Source of the DNA: Mobula hypostoma
Lineage: Eukaryota
Direction: 5' to 3'
Length of the DNA stretch: 64,000 bases
NCBI RefSeq assembly: GCF_963921235.1
Contig: NC_086097.1
Span: 129,954,001 to 130,018,000 of the forward strand
In this document: in pieces, positions 62,705 to 64,000 of the stretch
Layout: each line of letters starts with the position of its first letter
How positions within the stretch are numbered: position 1 is the first letter of the stretch
Position numbers and translations under genes: made by a program
The notes under the pieces: generated by a model
Seen by the model: only the letters and a program-made list of their open reading frames with translations
Databases searched by the model: none
What the model was told of the DNA's origin: nothing

Positions 62705-63650
62705 GATCGTCAGATGTACCGTGGGGAGCATTCTAACTGGTTGCATCGCCTTCTGGTATGCAGCGGCCATCATACAGGATTGGAAAAAGCTGCAAAAGGT
62801 TGAAAACTCAGCCAGCTCCATCATGGGCACTAGCCTCCCCAGCAGAGGATGTCTTCAAAAGGCGATGCCTCAAAAAGACAGCATCCATTATTAACAACCA
62901 GGACATGCCCTCTTCTCACTGATTGCTACCATCACAGAGGAGGTACAGGAGCTGAAGACAAATACTCAAATGTTTTAGGTACAGCTTCTTCCCCTCCACC
63001 ATCAGATTTCTGAATACAGAATTGGACAATGAACCAACCCATGAACACCACATCACCAAGGACCTCACATGGTCTGGACACACCACCTATGTGGTGAAAA
63101 AGGCACAACAGCGCCTCTTTCACCTCAGACGCTTGAGGAAGTTTCGTATGGGCCCCCAAATCCGAAGAACTTTCTACAGGGGCACAATTGAGAGCATTCT
63201 GACTGGCTGCATCACTGCCTGGTATGGGACCTGTACCTCCCTCAACTGCAGGACTCTGCAGAAAGTGGTGCAGATAGCCCAGTGTATCTGTAGTTGTGAC
63301 CTTCCCATGATTCAGGACATTTACAAAGGCAGGTGTGAGAAAAGGGCCTGAAGGATCATTGGGCACCTGAGTCACCCAAACCACAAACTGTTCCAGCTGC
63401 TACCTTCCAGAAACCGGTACCACAGCATAAAAGCCAGGACCAACAGGCTCCGGGACAGCTTCTTCCACCAGGCCATCAGACTGATTAACTCACACTGATT
63501 TGAGTGTATTTCTATGTTACATTGACTGTCCTATTTATTATAAATTATTATAAATTACTATGATTACACACTGCACATTTAGATGGAGATGTAACGTAAA
63601 GATTTTTACTCCTCATGTTATGTGAAGGATGTAAGAAATAGTCAATTCAA
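62705..63650 (+). mobile_element. Two Rex1/Babar-like 3' fragments (62705-63045, and a younger one at 63050-63650)
   Basis: KKAQQRLFHLRRLRKF, TIESILTGCITAWYG, RLRDSFFHQAIRL motifs. Confidence 0.88.
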
Positions 63651-64000
63651 TGATCTCACCTCAATCTATCCACAATCAGAGATCCTTGTAACTAAAACCA
63701 AAGCAGCTTGCTTCAGTGATCATAGATTCAAATATGCTGTTAGATTTTGTTCAAATGACATCCAGAATTTGTGCACAAGTCTGCCCCATAACCATTTATG
63801 TTCAGCAATCTGGATTTGATTCAAATCCACTTCCTAGCCCACTTTGATTTTGTTGTGTCCATTGGCTAGGATGCTGCCCTACTACTGTTTCAAATAGAGA
63901 AAGATCCACTGTCCAGGGTACTGGTGAGGCCATACCTAGAGTATTGCGTGCAGTCTAGTCTCCTATTCAAAGGCGGCTTTGGAGGCGGTACAGAGGGGAT

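Overview
Eukaryotic, repeat-dense vertebrate DNA. The repeat families (CR1, Rex1/Babar, Penelope, RTE, V-SINE/HE1-like, Deu-SINE, Tc1) suggest a cartilaginous fish, probably a ray; this is an inference. Only one host exon is recognisable: a 212-bp minus-strand exon at 33083-33294 resembling the penultimate coding exon of CTDP1/FCP1. The rest is probably CTDP1 intron. Main observations: (1) A near-intact full-length CR1 (4890-9170) and two older CR1 copies all end ORF1 on a U-UUA-AAC-type slippery heptamer, with ORF2 in the -1 register, suggesting programmed -1 ribosomal frameshifting. (2) A 101-bp insertion with a 14-bp TSD consists almost entirely of an intact minimal hammerhead ribozyme from a Penelope element. 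(3) A ~3-kb block is duplicated 54 kb apart, apparently via a CR1-assisted template switch; a solo LTR later inserted into one copy. (4) There is a four-level nested transposon stack and several fold-back hairpins. Boundaries of degraded repeats are approximate, and family names come from motif recognition, not database searches.
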